Source: Chiloscyllium plagiosum | Lineage: Eukaryota | DNA length: 64,000 nucleotides | Reading direction: 5' to 3' | Assembly: GCF_004010195.1 (NCBI RefSeq) | Contig: NC_057752.1 | Coordinates: 2,854,222-2,918,221, forward strand | In this document: positions 1-12,850 of the stretch, one piece after another | How the letters are laid out: each line of letters begins with the position of its first letter | Numbering within the stretch: the stretch's first letter is position 1 | The notes under the pieces: generated by a model | Seen by the model: the letters and a program-made list of their open reading frames with translations, nothing else | The model's database searches: none | What the model was told of the DNA's origin: nothing | Translations under genes and position numbers: made by a program

Positions 1-370
1 AAGGCCAATCTCCCATCTATAGAATCCACCTACCAGGCCCGCTGTCAAGGAAAGGCCGCCAGCATTCTCAAAGATCCATCCCACCCTGGCAATGTTTTTC
101 TACAACCTCTACCAATCGGGGAGAAGGTACAGAAGCCTGAACACACACACCAGCCGGTTTCGAAACAGTTTCTACCCTACTGTTGTTAGAATACTGAATG
201 GACTCTCAAACTCTTAACATTTGCCTGGACCTGTGTTTTTGTTTTTGCTGCTATTTACCTATTATTTACTTATCTATTCTACTTAACTCTGTGACCTGCC
301 AGTATTGCTCGCAAGACAAAGCTTTTCACTGTGTCTCGGTACTGACAATAAAATCAATTCAATTCAATTA
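1..370 (+). mobile_element. Rex1/Babar-like LINE, 3' end
   Basis: Degenerate frame HPGNVFLQPLP/GRRYRSLNTHTSRFRNSFYPTVVRILN resembles the Rex1/Babar C-terminus; ends in AATAAA plus an (AATTC)n tail. Confidence 0.7.
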
Positions 371-1411
371 GAACTCAAACCCTTTGGTTCTGGCAACATT
401 CTGGTAAATGTTTCCCAGTTTAACAACATCCTTCCTATAATTTCTCAGCCAGAGGATGGGAGCTCCTGTAATATTGTGCAAGAGGAGTTTTGATTTACTT
501 GTTAGATGTGGGCATGTTGGCTAAACTGGCATCTACTGCCGGTTTACCCTTGAGAAAGTCATGGCCAACTGTTGTAATTACAGACAGACTGAGGGTTATA
601 AAACAAATCTCTCTCCCTCTTCTCATCACCTGTCCATAAGTAGATTATTATTTAGTTCTCAACATGTTAGAAAAACACAGTGGACCATATTTCCCACACT
701 CCGTCTGCTTGTGGGCTCTGACTTTGCACGGAGTTGTTTTGTTTCACACACTCTTAGACCTGGGGAAAAATCCACAACACAAGCACACTTAGAAACACAC
801 AAGATGTAGAGATAACTCAATAAAACAACAGTTTATTAATGTCCTTGCTCTTAAGATGAAGTCCAAAAACCCAAAGTTGGAGTTAGTTGTCTAGAATTCC
901 TTGCTGAGGATGGGAGGATTGGCTAACGATAAGCAGTTGAAGAGTTGTAGGTTCTCGCTTTCAAAATTCCTTTAAACGTCTTCTGAGAAAGCTCTGCTGA
1001 AATGTGATAGAAGTTTTCCATCACACTTGTGACTTGTGCCTTATCAATGGTGGACAGTTTTTTGGGGAGTGTCACCTTGAATTATGTGCTTCATTCTTGG
1101 GAGTGGTTCTTGAACCTCTAGCCCTCTGATTAAAAGTAAATATGCTCTCCCATGAGTGATGCTGATGCTAGAATCTAGGCTGCTGTTCAGATTGCTCCCC
1201 TGAGGTATCTATCCTCATCTGCCAACTATCTACAACCATGCCACATCAAGTGGCACCTTCAGAAGTGAAACGTCAGTTTGACAAAGGAAGAAGGTTGGTT
1301 TTATAGAGGAACTGTTTCTTTCTTCATAGATGCTGCCAGACCTGTAGTTTCTGTCTTTACCTGAGCAAACTAGCATTCGCATCATTTTACCTAGTTCCAC
1401 TGATTGATTTG

Positions 1412-1611
1412 GAGAAAGTGAGGACTGCAGATGCTGGAGATCAGAGTCGAGAGTGTGGTGCTGGAAAAGCACAACAGGTCAGGCAGCATCTGAGGAGCAG
1501 GAGAATCGACATTTCGGAATCCTGATGAAGGGCTTATGCCTGAAACATCAATTCTCCTGTCCCTAAGATGCTGCCTGACCTGCTGTGCTTTTCCAGCACC
1601 ACACTCTCAAT
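1412..1611. mobile_element. Short fold-back Penelope-derived element with hammerhead-like motif
   Basis: Inverted arms (gctggaaaagcac...aggtcaggcagcatc / gatgctgcctgacctg...gcttttccagc); TSD actgatt(g/a)atttg at 1399-1411 and 1612-1624; CTGATGA-A-GGGC-ttat-GCCT-GAAA-CATC at 1522-1549. Confidence 0.75.
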
Positions 1612-2147
1612 ACTGATTAATTTGTTTGATTGGGTAAGGGTGCTAAAGGCTATGGAACCAAGGTGAGTGGGTGGATGGATGGAATTAAGATACAGCTGAC
1701 TTATGGTCTAGCAGTGGATCGAGAGACTTCATGAATGGCCTGCCCAAATTCTTAGTTGGCATTTTTTGTTATTAGAAACTTGTGCCTTGCCTTGGCTTGG
1801 TGGATTCAGAATCAGAGAGATCAGGAAAAGTCCTGGGTCCTTGATGGAGGGGAGTTGAAGCTGGGCAGAAGGAATATCATGCAAAGCAGAAACACCAGCA
1901 GAGGGCAGATGGGCCAAATGGCCTGATTCCATGTTGTAAACACTCAAACATCACAGACCTTCCCCATTTGAGTTGCCACCAGCAGCCTGAACAAACGGAG
2001 GGACAGCCTGAAGCAAGGGTCTTTGCTGCACATTTACTCGAGGTGTCCAAACTCATATGGAAGGTTAACACAAAACTGGTTTTGACTTCAACAGGCTTTT
2101 GCCTGGAATGAGTTAATGTTTAAAAAAAAGGGCTAGTTCCACTTCAT

Positions 2148-2485
2148 CGAATCCCTACAGCGAGGAGACAGGTCCTTCAATCCAACAAGTCCACACCGAC
2201 TCTCCGAACAGTAACCCATCCAGACCCAGTACCCTACCCTATAGTTACCCCTGACTAATGCACCTAACCTACATATCCCTGGACACTATGGGCAATTTAG
2301 CATGGCCAATTCACCTGACCTGCACATCTTTGGACTGTGTGAGGAAACCGGAGCACCTGGAGGAAACCCACGCAGACACGGGGAGAATGTGCAAACTCCA
2401 CACACAGTCGCCTGAGGCTGGGTTCGAACCTGGGTCCCTGGCATTGTGAGACAGCAGTTCTAACCACTGAGCCACCGTGCCGCCC
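2148..2485 (-). mobile_element. tRNA-derived SINE (HE1/V-SINE-like)
   Basis: Minus strand has A-box tggctcagtgg and B-box ggttcgaacc, a V-like core and a CR1-type tail; several related copies in the window. Confidence 0.85.
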
Positions 2486-3259
2486 ATAAACTAAATTTCC
2501 AAATCAGACATTTAAAAGTTTGCTCGTTTGAATTGTTGGATAAATTAAGACAAAAAAGCCCTTTCTGTAAGGTGGTCACAACTCCAACTGCTAAAGGAAG
2601 ACCAACCAGTCTTTTCAATGAGACATTAAATGGATGCTTTGCTCACTCCCCCAGGTGGATGTATGAAATCCCATGGCATTCTGAAGAGGAGCTCTCACTG
2701 GTGTCTTTACTAGTATTTTATCCCTCAACCAACAAGACTAAACCTGATTATCTGGTCATTATCACATGGCTGTTTGAGGGAGCCCTCTGTGTGAAAATTC
2801 ACTGTTGTATTTCCTACAACAGTGACTACATCAGAAGTACTTCGCTGGCCGTAATGTTTTCTTGCGAAATCCAGAGATTGTGAAATGCACCAAAGAAATA
2901 CAAATCTTTCTCTCTCATGCTCCAGTTTACTCTCCATGCACATAAAATGCAACACTTTGCTTAATCCTCTGAATGATAACACAAACAAAATATTTTAGTT
3001 TTTAAATGGAATCACTAGTCATTAGCATTACCACAGCATGTGCACAAAGCAAACTGCCAAAGTCACTGGCTAGCAATCAAATTTACAGTAGATTATACAG
3101 TCGAGTCCTTGATATAACTTTCCAACAGCTGGGCTAAGCCTTAGAAGATTCATTACTGTTCTAAGTTTAAACCTCGTACAATCAGGTGAAAATTGGACAG
3201 CAGAAATCAGAAGTATAAAGGCAAACAAAATGAACACCACCCCCTCCCCCCCAGCCAAC

Positions 3260-4290
3260 ATTGAGGCCCTGCTTTTCTGCATATACATTAATGATCTGTA
3301 CCTCTGTGGCTTCTGGATGTACATTAATGATCTGTACCTCGGTGGGCAGGTGTGAATTTCAAAGTTTGCAGATGACATTAAACTTGGCAGGTTTGTAAAC
3401 TGTGTGGGGGACAGTGTGGAGCTCCACAGCAGGACATTGACAAGTTGGTGGAGTGGGCGGAGAGGTGACAGATGAGGTTCAATGCAGTGAAGTGTGAGGT
3501 GATGCACTTTAGTTGGGAGAACATTGAAAGACAATCTAAAATCAGGGGGACAATTCTAAAGGGGATACAGGAGCAGAGGGAGCTGGGTCTATCTGGGTAC
3601 AGATCATCGAAGGTGGCAGGACAGGTGGAGAGAGCAGTTAATAAAGCACACAGTGTCCTCAGCTTTATTAATAGGGACATAGAGAACAAGAGCAGGGAGG
3701 GGATGTTGAACTTGTACAAGACCCTTGTTAGACCTCAGCTGGAGGGTTGTGTCCAGTTGTGGGCCCCACACTATAAGAAAGATGTGAAAACATTGGAGAG
3801 AGAGGGCAGAAGGGATTTACCAGAATGGTTCCAGAGATGAGAAACTTCAGTGAGGAGGATAGATTGAAGACATTGGGACTGTTCTCCTTGGGGAGAAGGA
3901 GGCTGAGAGGGAGATCTGAGAGAGGGTTCCAACATCATGGGGAGAGGGGGCTGGACAGAGTAGATAGGGAGAAACTGTTCCCACATGGAAAAGGGACAAG
4001 AATGAGAGGGACAGAGATTGAAAGGAATGAAGTGAGGGGGAGGTGAGGAAAACCTTTCTCCCCCAGCGAGTAGTTAGGGTCTGGAATGTACTGCCTGGGA
4101 ATGTGGGGGAGGCAGGTTTGATTGAGGTATTCAAGAGGGGCATTGGATGGTTATTGGGATAGAAATGGGGTACAGGGATACGGGGGAAATGGCAGGAGAT
4201 TGGCACAAGGGAGGGAATGACGCTTGTTTGAAGAGCCGGTGCAGGCATGATGGATCAAACGACCTCCTTCTGCGTTATAACACTTCTGTA
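3260..4290 (+). mobile_element. CR1-family LINE 3' fragment (decayed RT)
   Basis: SKFADD motif and MRFNAVKCEVMHF...LYKTLVRPQLE..VQLWAP peptides; frameshifted. Confidence 0.9.
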
Positions 4291-4349
4291 CTTGAGATTT
4301 TGAGTATTGTTGAAAAGAAGACCCATTTTGTGTGTCATACAAAAACCTT

Positions 4350-5105
4350 CAACATTGGGACATTTTTGCAAGAATACCAATTTAAGCGGCAAACCAACAT
4401 TTATACTGCATGAGAGGAGAACACTGATTGGTTGGTAAGTAAATTCTGATTCGTAGAAGTTTGCCATGAAGAACGCACCAGTTAATTAGGACTGACAGTT
4501 AACTAGGCAGAAGTGAGTAGTGCAGATGCTGGAGATTAGAGTGGCGCTGGAAAAGCACAGAGGGTCAGGCAGCATCCGAGGAGCAGGAAAAACGATGTTT
4601 CCGGCGAAAGCCCTTTATCAGGAACGACAGTTAACTGCCAGGTTTCGGTCTGTTTAAAACAGACTACTCTGATTGGTCTAGGCATCACCCTGAGAAACAA
4701 GCCAATTGTCAGTTGGGCTCACAATGTTGCTCATATGCATGTGTTGGAAAGCTGCATATAGTAATGCACAGGGCCCTGATCTTTGCAAACAGAAAGAGAA
4801 TGTGTACAGGCATTGCACCCATTTCAAACCAACAAAATAGGTGACAGCTGTTCACTGGCTCATTTTTCTGGGCAATGCCTCGACTAGTCAGAGTCAACCT
4901 ATCTGCCTCAAAATTGAAACAAAGCCTGGCAGTTAATTGCCACTCATCACAAACTAGTGCATTCTCCATTCCAACACCTTTACTAATCAGAGTCCACTTC
5001 CCAACCAATCAGCACTCTTCTCTCATGCAATTCAAGATTTCCCACTAAACTGGTATTCTTGTGAGTTGTCCTGATGAGTAGATAGAAAGTTGCAGCAAAA
5101 TGTTT
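4350..5105. mobile_element. Old fold-back (probably Penelope-derived) element containing a younger insertion
   Basis: Degenerate inverted arms (caagaatacca...tgcatgaga...ctgattggttgg vs ccaaccaatcag...tctcatgca...tggtattcttg); CTGATGA...GAAA at 5071-5088. Confidence 0.55.
4505..4625 (-). mobile_element. Penelope-derived 3' terminal fragment
   Basis: Same family as 1412-1611; perfect 11-bp TSD gacagttaact at 4494-4504 and 4626-4636. Confidence 0.75.
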
Positions 5106-5953
5106 TTTTCCCCAACAGTACATAGAGATTTATGATTTTTCAGTGCACTAAGTACAATTTAAAATACTTTGCAAGTTAGCACAAAATTTTGACAGGTCGC
5201 CATCTCCCGAGCAATCAATATTGCTTTCGAAGACAAACACAAAGCAATGGTCAGATGGCCCAGCCACCAACGATGGAACTCCACAGTCCATGCTCAAACA
5301 CAGAGAGGTCTCCACGTTGAGCACTATCTGGTTTTGATGAATGTACAAAAAATGATAGTAATGTGATTATATTTGCCCCATTTCTTTAAAAAAAAACACC
5401 TCATCCACCAAACTGTATGCACTGATGCACAATGACATACAGTTCTACAGTACTTGTTGGTAGCACACCAAGGATTCCTCATTTTCACCTCGCACGAATG
5501 TTAACGTGACATTCAACCATGGGAGGCTGCTATCCAGTTGCCACAAACGTCTACACTCACACATGTGCTCAAGAAGGGCTCACTGGGTAGCAATTGGAAT
5601 CAGGAACCTTTCCTGATAGGATTTCCCCTCTCAAACTCTGGGACATTGAAACCAATTGTAGTGTCACGAGTACAGTCTAATTTTGTTCCATTTCTGTCTC
5701 CTTTCCCTTTTCATTTCAGTTTCAGTTATTTGCTGCCTGTATTTGTTTGTAAAATGACCAAATTGCAGTGAGACAAGAATTGCAAAATATTAATTCTTCA
5801 ACAATGTGAAATAAATACATTATATCTGATCCAATTGATACTGCTCAAACCGGGATGGAAACGCCATTTGCCTGATTTCAGTCAGAGGAATCTTTTCTAC
5901 AGTGTTCTCCAGCATGCTTCACATGCCACCCTGAGCACTGAGACTTACTGACA

Positions 5954-6220
5954 GGGCGGCATGGTGGCTCAGTGGTTAGCCTCACAGCACCAGGGTCCCA
6001 GGTGTCTGTGTGGGTTTCCTCCAGGTGCTCCAGCTTCCTTCCACAATCCAAAGATGTGCAGGCCAGACAAAATGGCCATGCTGACTTACACCACAGTGTT
6101 AGTCAGGGGTAAATATAGGGTAGGGGAATGGGTCTGGGTGGGTTACTCTTCAGAGGGTCGGTGTGGACTTGTTGGACCGAGGGGACCTGTTTCCATATTG
6201 TAGGAAATCTAATCTAATCT
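5954..6220 (+). mobile_element. HE1/V-SINE-like SINE (internally deleted)
   Basis: gggcggcatggtggctcagtggttagc head; (AATCT)n tail. Confidence 0.85.
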
Positions 6221-6359
6221 AAAATTTACAGCACTGTGATTAACTGCCACTTGCTTCCCTGCCTCTATACTGCTGGCATAGCAAGTGCAGAGGGCAAGAC
6301 TTTGAAAAAGCCAATGAACTGGGCCAACTGCAGCAACTAGTTAAGCACAGGGGGCATAA

Positions 6360-8350
6360 AAGACTCAAAGGACGTTGGTGAAGCCTCTTCTGGAATATTA
6401 CGTCCAGTTCTGGTCACCCAGTTATAGGAAGGATATTATTAAGCTAGAGAGAGAGAGTTTAGAAGAGATTTACCAGGATGTTGCTGGGTATGAAAGGTTT
6501 GAGTTAAAAAGAAAGGTTGGGACTTATTTCACTGGAGCGTAGGAGGTTGAGGAGTGGCCTGATAGAGGTATATAAAATCATGAGGGGTATAAGTAAAGTG
6601 TCGTTTCCCTAGGGTGGGGGATTTCAAGACGAGGGAGCATATTATTAAGCTGAAAGATTTCAAAAAGACATGAGGGGCAATTTTTTAAACACAGAGAGTA
6701 GTTCATGCGTGGAATGAACTTCCAGAGAAAGTGGTGGATGCAGGTACAGTTACAACATTTAAAAGTCATTTAGGTAAGTACATGAATAGGACAGCGACTT
6801 TTGAGAAGATTTGTAGCCCAGGTTAAGGTTCTGGATGGAGGTTTGCTCCCTGAGCTGGAAGGTTCGTTTTCAGACATTTCATCACCATACTAGGCAACAT
6901 CTTCAGTGAGCCTTCAAATGAAGCACTGGTGGTGGAGCCCATTTTCTATTTGTGTGTTTGGGTTTCCTTGGGTTGGTGATGTCATTTCCTGTGGTGAAAT
7001 CATTTCCTATGGTAATGTCATTTCCTGTTCTTTTTCTCAGGGGGTGGTAAATGGGATCCAAGTCAATATGTTGTTGATAGAGTTCCGGTTGGAATGCCAT
7101 GCTTCTAGGAATTCCCGTGCGTGTCTCTGTTTGGATTGTCCAAGGATGAATGTGTTGTCCCAGTCAAAGTGGTGTCCTTCCTCATCTGAATGTAAGGATA
7201 CTAGTGAGAGTGGGTCATGTCTTTTTGTGGCTAGTTGATGTTCATGTATCCTGGTGGCTAGTTTTCTGCCTGTTTGTCCAATGTAGTGTTTGTTACAGTC
7301 CTCGCACGGTATTTTGTAAATGACATTAGTTTTGCTTGTTGTCTGTGTAGGGTCTTTCAAGTTCATTAGCTGCCTTTTTCGTGTAAGTTTCCAGGTAGCG
7401 AGACTATGGGTCTGGGGGGGGGTGCTCCTGGTTTGTGAATTTTGGGTAATCTGTCGAAGCGTGGTATGTTGGATCCATCTGGTTTCATTTTTTGGACATC
7501 TGCCTTATTTATTTCTCCAGATTTCTGAGGTTTTTTTGAGTAGGTTTCTCAGCAACAAGCCCAAACAAGCAGACAAAACATGTCCAGAAACCCTCGTCAC
7601 TCTCCCCTACATCAAAGACATCTTGGAAATGACTGCCAACCTACCCCTTAGCATCACGGTAGCCCACAAACCCATCAACAACTAAAACAACAGCTAATGA
7701 ACTTGAAAGACCCTATACAGACAATGAGCAAAACTAACGTCATTTACAAAATACTGTGCAAGGACTGTAACACTACATTGGACAAACAGGCAGAAAACTA
7801 GCCACCAGGATACATGAACATCAACTAGCCACAAAACGACATGACCCACTCTCACTTGTCTCCTTACAGACAGATGAGGAAGGACACCACTTTGACTGGG
7901 ACAACACATCCATCCTAGGACAAGCCAAGCAGACACATGCACGAGAATTCCAAGAAGCATGGCATTCCAGCCGGAACTCTATCAACAAACACATTGACTT
8001 GGATCCCACTTATCACCCCCTGAGAAAAAGAACAGGAAATGGCATTACCTTAGGAAATGATGTCACCACAGTAAATGACATCAACCCTAGGAAACTCAAA
8101 CATATAAATAGAAAGCAGGCGACACCACTGGTGCTTCATTTGGAGGCTCACTGAAGATGTTACCTACCATGGTGATGAAACATCTGAAAATGAACCTTCC
8201 AGCTCAGCGTACAAACCTACATCCATGAATAGGAAAGGTTTGGAGAGATCTGAAGGAGCAGGCAGGTGGGACTAGTTTAATTTGGGATTATGTTGGATTA
8301 TGGACTGGTTGGACCGAAGGGTCTGTTTCCGTACTGTATGATTCTTTGAC
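6360..8350 (+). mobile_element. CR1 LINE 3' fragment interrupted by a Penelope insertion
   Basis: CR1 3' sequence stops at catgaatagga (6781-6791) and resumes at the same 11-mer (8224-8234). Confidence 0.8.
6792..8223. mobile_element. Penelope-like element (GIY-YIG region), two inverted 3' halves
   Basis: ORF 7037-7366(-) NVIYKIPCEDCNKHYIGQTGRKLATRIHEH is GIY-YIG-like; a mirror copy lies on + at ~7545-8223; 11-bp TSD. Confidence 0.85.
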
Positions 8351-8964
8351 ATGAGGTTAGTGTGGGAAGCTATGCTTTTAATGAATAATGGAGCAAGCTG
8401 CTCCTGTCGCTTGTGTTCTGAAATAACTTTAAACATTGGCACTGATATTCCACTGGACCCTAAAACTACAATGGTCATTCTGTAGTACCATTCCTGATTC
8501 CCAATAATTTTAATCTCTACCAACACCCAAATTCACAACATGAACAAGAAAGTGACACTGCATAATTGATGAGAAGCTCAAAGGCTAAGGGGTGATTTGA
8601 TCAATCAAGCTATTAAGGGGAACAGTTAGAATGAATACAGACAAATTATTTCACTGCTTGAAGCAGCTAGCATTAGCAGCAAATTAGAGCCAGATCTTTT
8701 AGGAGTGAAATTAAGGAGCACAAAAAGGGTGGTAAGTTTTTGGGACACTTTCTGGATGTTTGATCAATTGTTCACTTCAAATCTGGGATTGACAGAGAAA
8801 TAGGGCAAAGGCAGGTATATAGAGTTCAGTCATGCATCAGCCACAATCTCACTGAAGGGGGGAATAGTTTCAAGGGGCTGAATGGTTTCACCCTGTGGCT
8901 ATGTACATGGTGGTCTCACTGGATTATTTTACATCAGACTGCTGTAAGCGATCAGACCACATTC

Positions 8965-9490
8965 AGGCAGAATGCACTTGCGGAATGTTTCAGAACATTT
9001 CTGGGATACACACATGATACAATCCCACTGCCCTGTGGCCGAACACTTTAACATCCCCCTCCCAAGGGCATGCAAGTCCTGGGCCTCCTCCATTGCCACA
9101 CCCTAACCACCTCACACCTGGAGGAAGAATGCCTCATCTTCTGCCTCAGGACCCTCCAACCCCATGGGATCAATGTGGATTTCACCAGTTTCCTCATTTC
9201 CCCTCTCCCTACCTTACCCCAGTTCCAACCTTCCAGCTCAGCACCACCCTCATGACCTGTCCCACCTGTCAATCTTCCTTCCCACCTATCCGCTACACCC
9301 TCCTCTCCGACCTATCACCTTTATCCTCACGTCTATCCACCTTTCCAGCTACCTCCACCCCACACCCCAGGCCCAGCGGGCCACCCCTCATTCCTGATGA
9401 AGGGCTTTTGCCCAAAACTTCGACTCTCCTACTCCTCGGATGCTGCCTGATCTACTGTGCTTTTCCAGCAACATACTTTTCGATTCTGAC
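8965..9490 (+). mobile_element. Penelope-like element 3' fragment (second family)
   Basis: QVLGLLHC..LEEECLIFCLRTLQPHGINVDF resembles the C-terminal part of a PLE endonuclease; followed by CTGATGAAGGGCTTTTGCCC and the same terminus as the short hairpin elements. Confidence 0.7.
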
Positions 9491-9803
9491 TAAACACAGG
9501 CAAACCACTTGCTCATATGGTATTTGGGAAAGTACAATCGAATTAAATGCAACTCAGCGAACTGGTACAGATAAATGAAACACTTTTTTTTTTCTGAACG
9601 AATCTGGTTTTGAACACTGCAGTGAGTCCGAATCAATATGGGGGCCGACACATGCCCTTTTTAACTCAAGTAGTGCACAAACCAAACAAAAAAGAACATT
9701 TTTTGTACTACCTATACCAAAAGAAATACGAAACATAAAGGCCTGAAATGACACCAAGTGAAACGTACATTACGTTAACAAGCAGGGACTGACTCAAACC
9801 TAC

Positions 9804-9847
9804 CAGTTGCCAGATCCAACGATGCAGACTTTAAGAGGAGGAGCCAT
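9804..9847 (-). CDS. GPD1: Cytosolic NAD-dependent glycerol-3-phosphate dehydrogenase, coding exon 1 (MAPPLKVCIVGSGN-W); rest of gene outside window
   Basis: Strong Kozak gccATGG; KVCIVGSGNW Rossmann motif of GPD1/GPD1L; phase-2 donor TG|gtaggt as recalled for human exon 1; position downstream of SMARCD1 on the same strand favours GPD1 over GPD1L. Confidence 0.88.
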
Positions 9848-9899
9848 GGCCTATTTGCTGCTGCTCCTCTCAGCGGCTCTGTGCTCAGGCTCTGCAGCG

Positions 9900-10000
9900 G
9901 ATTGCGGGACACTTTTGTAAACCACGTGCTCTCACCCAGGCAAAACACGCCTCTCGTCCCCCCCACCCTTTCCTGACCTCGCTCAGTGACGATTGGTGCA
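9900..10000 (-). promoter_or_regulatory. Putative GPD1 proximal promoter
   Basis: CpG-enriched; TATA-like TTTACAAAAG (9912-9921), E-box CACGTG (9923-9928), CACCC box (9964-9968), AGGTCA half-site (9974-9979), CCAAT (9992-9996). Confidence 0.6.
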
Positions 10001-10304
10001 GAGAACCGTTACAACTTTTCAGTAATAACAGCACGGAGTATTCAAAATGGCAGGCTCTCCCAAAACGGGAAGGGGTAAGGATCCGAGAAGGTTCTCCTCG
10101 CTAAGCAATAGGCCTGGCTGCATTTCATTATCCCATAGAAAAAAAAAAGAGAGCAAGTTGAAACCTTTCGCGGCTTAGTGTTCAGGATCTGGGAAGCATC
10201 AATACCCTCAGGTGCCCACCCTAAATTAAATGACACCAAGCCCTCGAGTCATATTTACGACAGCGTCTTCCACAACCTTAAGGTACCCGTTTTGCAGTCC
10301 TTTT

Positions 10305-10520
10305 TGTTAATTCATTAATAGGACGTGGGCATCACCGGCTGGGCTAACACGAATTACCCGTCCCTAACCGCCCATTGAGGTGGTGGCACGGAGCTGCATT
10401 CTTGAACCACTGCAGTCCATGCGGTGTAAGTACACCCACAGTGCTGCGAGGGAGGGAGCTCCAGGATTTTGACCCAGCCACAGAGAAGGAATGGCAATAT
10501 GGAGATATAACTGTCTCCCG
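10305..10520 (-). mobile_element. LINE 3' end fragment (CR1-like, second family)
   Basis: gctgggtcaaaatcctggagctccctccct...ctgcagtggttcaag motif shared with the copy at 61985-62320(+). Confidence 0.65.
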
Positions 10521-11130
10521 CATAAAAAATAGGCCTTCAGCCCATCCAGTCTGCACCGGTCAAAAACAAGCACCTAACTTTCTAATCCTGTTATCCAAGA
10601 CTTGACCCATAGCCTCATATACCTTAGCATTGCTAGTCTCCCATGATTAACATACTGCTTTTCGATCTCTTCTTTACCTCCTGACTTATTCTCTATCCTA
10701 TCACAGTTACTGTCAGTATATAAGGGGCCTATAGACTATATCCTTTTTTTAAACCCCCACCCATATGGATTCCACAATCCAACCAGTCCATGCCAAACAT
10801 AATCCCAAACTAAAGTAGTTCCACCTGCCTGCTCCTAGTCCACATCCTTCCAAACCTCTCAACATACCTACCCAATCTTCCAATCCAAGATCATTTCTTG
10901 CTATAATTCTCCATTGTAGACAATGTGACAGTGAAAATACACACAGCAAGACTTGCTCTGTGCCAATGATTAGATAATGCTTTTTATGGTGTAGGTTGAG
11001 AGATAAAGTTTACAAGACACTGCTCTATTTTGAAATACTGTAATGGGACATTTTATGTCCTTCAGAACAGACAGCATTCTAGCTGTTGAATTCTCCCTGA
11101 GTACTGGAGGTGAATGATAACCTAAATTCT

Positions 11131-11334
11131 ATCAAGATTAAAGTAGTGCTGGAAAAGCACAGCAGGTCAGGCAGCATCCGAGGAGCAGGAAAATAGAAGT
11201 TTCGAGCAAAAGATTCATCAGGAATCTCCTGAATGGCTTTTGCCCAAAACATCAATTTCCCTGCTCCTCAGATGCTCCCTGACCTGCTGTGCTTTTCCAG
11301 CACTTCTAATCTCCAGCATTTGCAATACCCACTT
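11131..11334. mobile_element. Short fold-back Penelope-derived element
   Basis: Inverted arms; 13-bp TSD taacctaa(a/t)ttct at 11118-11130 and 11335-11347. Confidence 0.75.
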
Positions 11335-12389
11335 TAACCTAATTTCTGTGTTCAAGTCTTTGGTGGACAATTTGAACCCCTAAGTTAGATTGAAAAGTGA
11401 GGAAAGCTGATGCATTTGATGATTTGAATTTGGCTGATTTTTCCAATCAACTCAAGTCTTATAGCAATCAACTAAAAACTGAATAAAGCTTCCTTGCCTT
11501 GCGAGATGAAACAGAAGCAAATCAGTGGTTCAGAAATCATCTTTACTGTTCATCAGATCTCTTATTTGGATTGCAACCTTTTAATCACACCCTATTATTC
11601 ATTCACAGAATCACAAAATTGTTATGGTGCAAGAGACCATTCAGTCCATTGGGTCTGTACTGGATAAATCGTTTCGTGACCGAGTGCCTTTCTCCCACTC
11701 TTCCCCATAACCCTGTACAGTGGCTGACTATTTAAGTAGAAATAATGCCCTTTTGGATGCCTCAATTAAGCCTGTCTTCACCACATTTTCAGTTAGTACA
11801 TTCCAGACTCAAATTACTTGCTGTATAAGTTTTGTTTCTTACACAGTGTTGCTTCTTTTACTATTTAATTACTGTAAAATTGATCTGAAACACTGGCTCT
11901 GGGGAAAAAAAGGTAATGACTTGCGTTGATACAGCAACTTTTCCAACTGCCCAAAGTCTCTCAGCACAGTTGTAATCTAAGAAGCATTTTTCAAGTATAA
12001 GTGTGAAATTTTGAAAATATTAGGAGCGGATGAGTGATCAGAACTCCTAACAGTTTAAAATTTCACAACATTTTTGCTCGTTTCCCTCAGCCACATTTAC
12101 TGGTTCCTTTCCAAAAAAAAATTCCACGCTTCATTAAACTTGACAGTCTCAATTTGCTTTTCTGAATTGAAACAACCTGGTGTGCCACAGTCATGACTTT
12201 GTGCTCAATTAAAGGTTTCAGAAAACCATTCAATGCGGCAGTTGGGAGCGATCTGCGGTTCTACTACATGGCTTTTGATGGGTGCCATTTTCACCTAGGC
12301 ATATCTACCTGCTGAAGAAATTGCTGCAGTCTGGGTGATGAGACTGAGTAGGGCTGTAGTGTTTGTAACAGCTGAGCCACAAAATCAGC

Positions 12390-12391
<2 letters not shown>

Positions 12392-12425
<34 letters not shown>
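12392..12425 (+). repeat. (GA)17 microsatellite
   Basis: Direct reading. Confidence 0.95.
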
Positions 12426-12428
<3 letters not shown>

Positions 12429-12499
12429 AAGAAAAAGGTTCACCTTTTAAGGATATTCTCAAGTGAGGCATTGGTCTCAGGCCAATGGAAAAAAAACTA

Positions 12500-12850
12500 A
12501 CTTTCATAATTTTGTGACATCCCAGTGAAGTAGTGTTCAGTTATGTAGGAAACATGGATGCAATTTGTGCACAGCAAGGTCCCACAAATCTTGATTAAGA
12601 CTAGATCGTCCGTTTTCAGTACAGGACAGGACAGCAGAGAGATACCTAGTCTTCCTTCAAATACTACCTTGGGATCATGTACCCCATGTGAAGACAGACA
12701 GCGCTACAGTTTGATTTCTCATCTGAAAGATGCCACCTTTGATGATGTAGTAATCCCTCAGTACTGCACTGGAAGCATCAGCCTAGAATGCATGTTCAAA
12801 TCTCAAAGTGCGAATTGAGCCCACAACATTCGGACTCACGTGAGGTTGCT
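12500..12850 (-). mobile_element. Ancient Deu-domain SINE (SacSINE1/AmnSINE-like)
   Basis: Minus strand ttccagtgcagtactgaggga...ggtggcatctttcagatgaga resembles the Deu core; degenerate. Confidence 0.55.

Noticed and set aside
3275..3340. 36-bp tandem duplication (tacattaatgatctgtacctc twice)
   Set aside because: Small duplication inside a dead CR1; only two units, not CRISPR-like, no functional sign.
1..9803. Search for GPD1 exon 2 (GSAIAKIVG...HENVKYL)
   Set aside because: Not found by eye; presumably beyond the window start.
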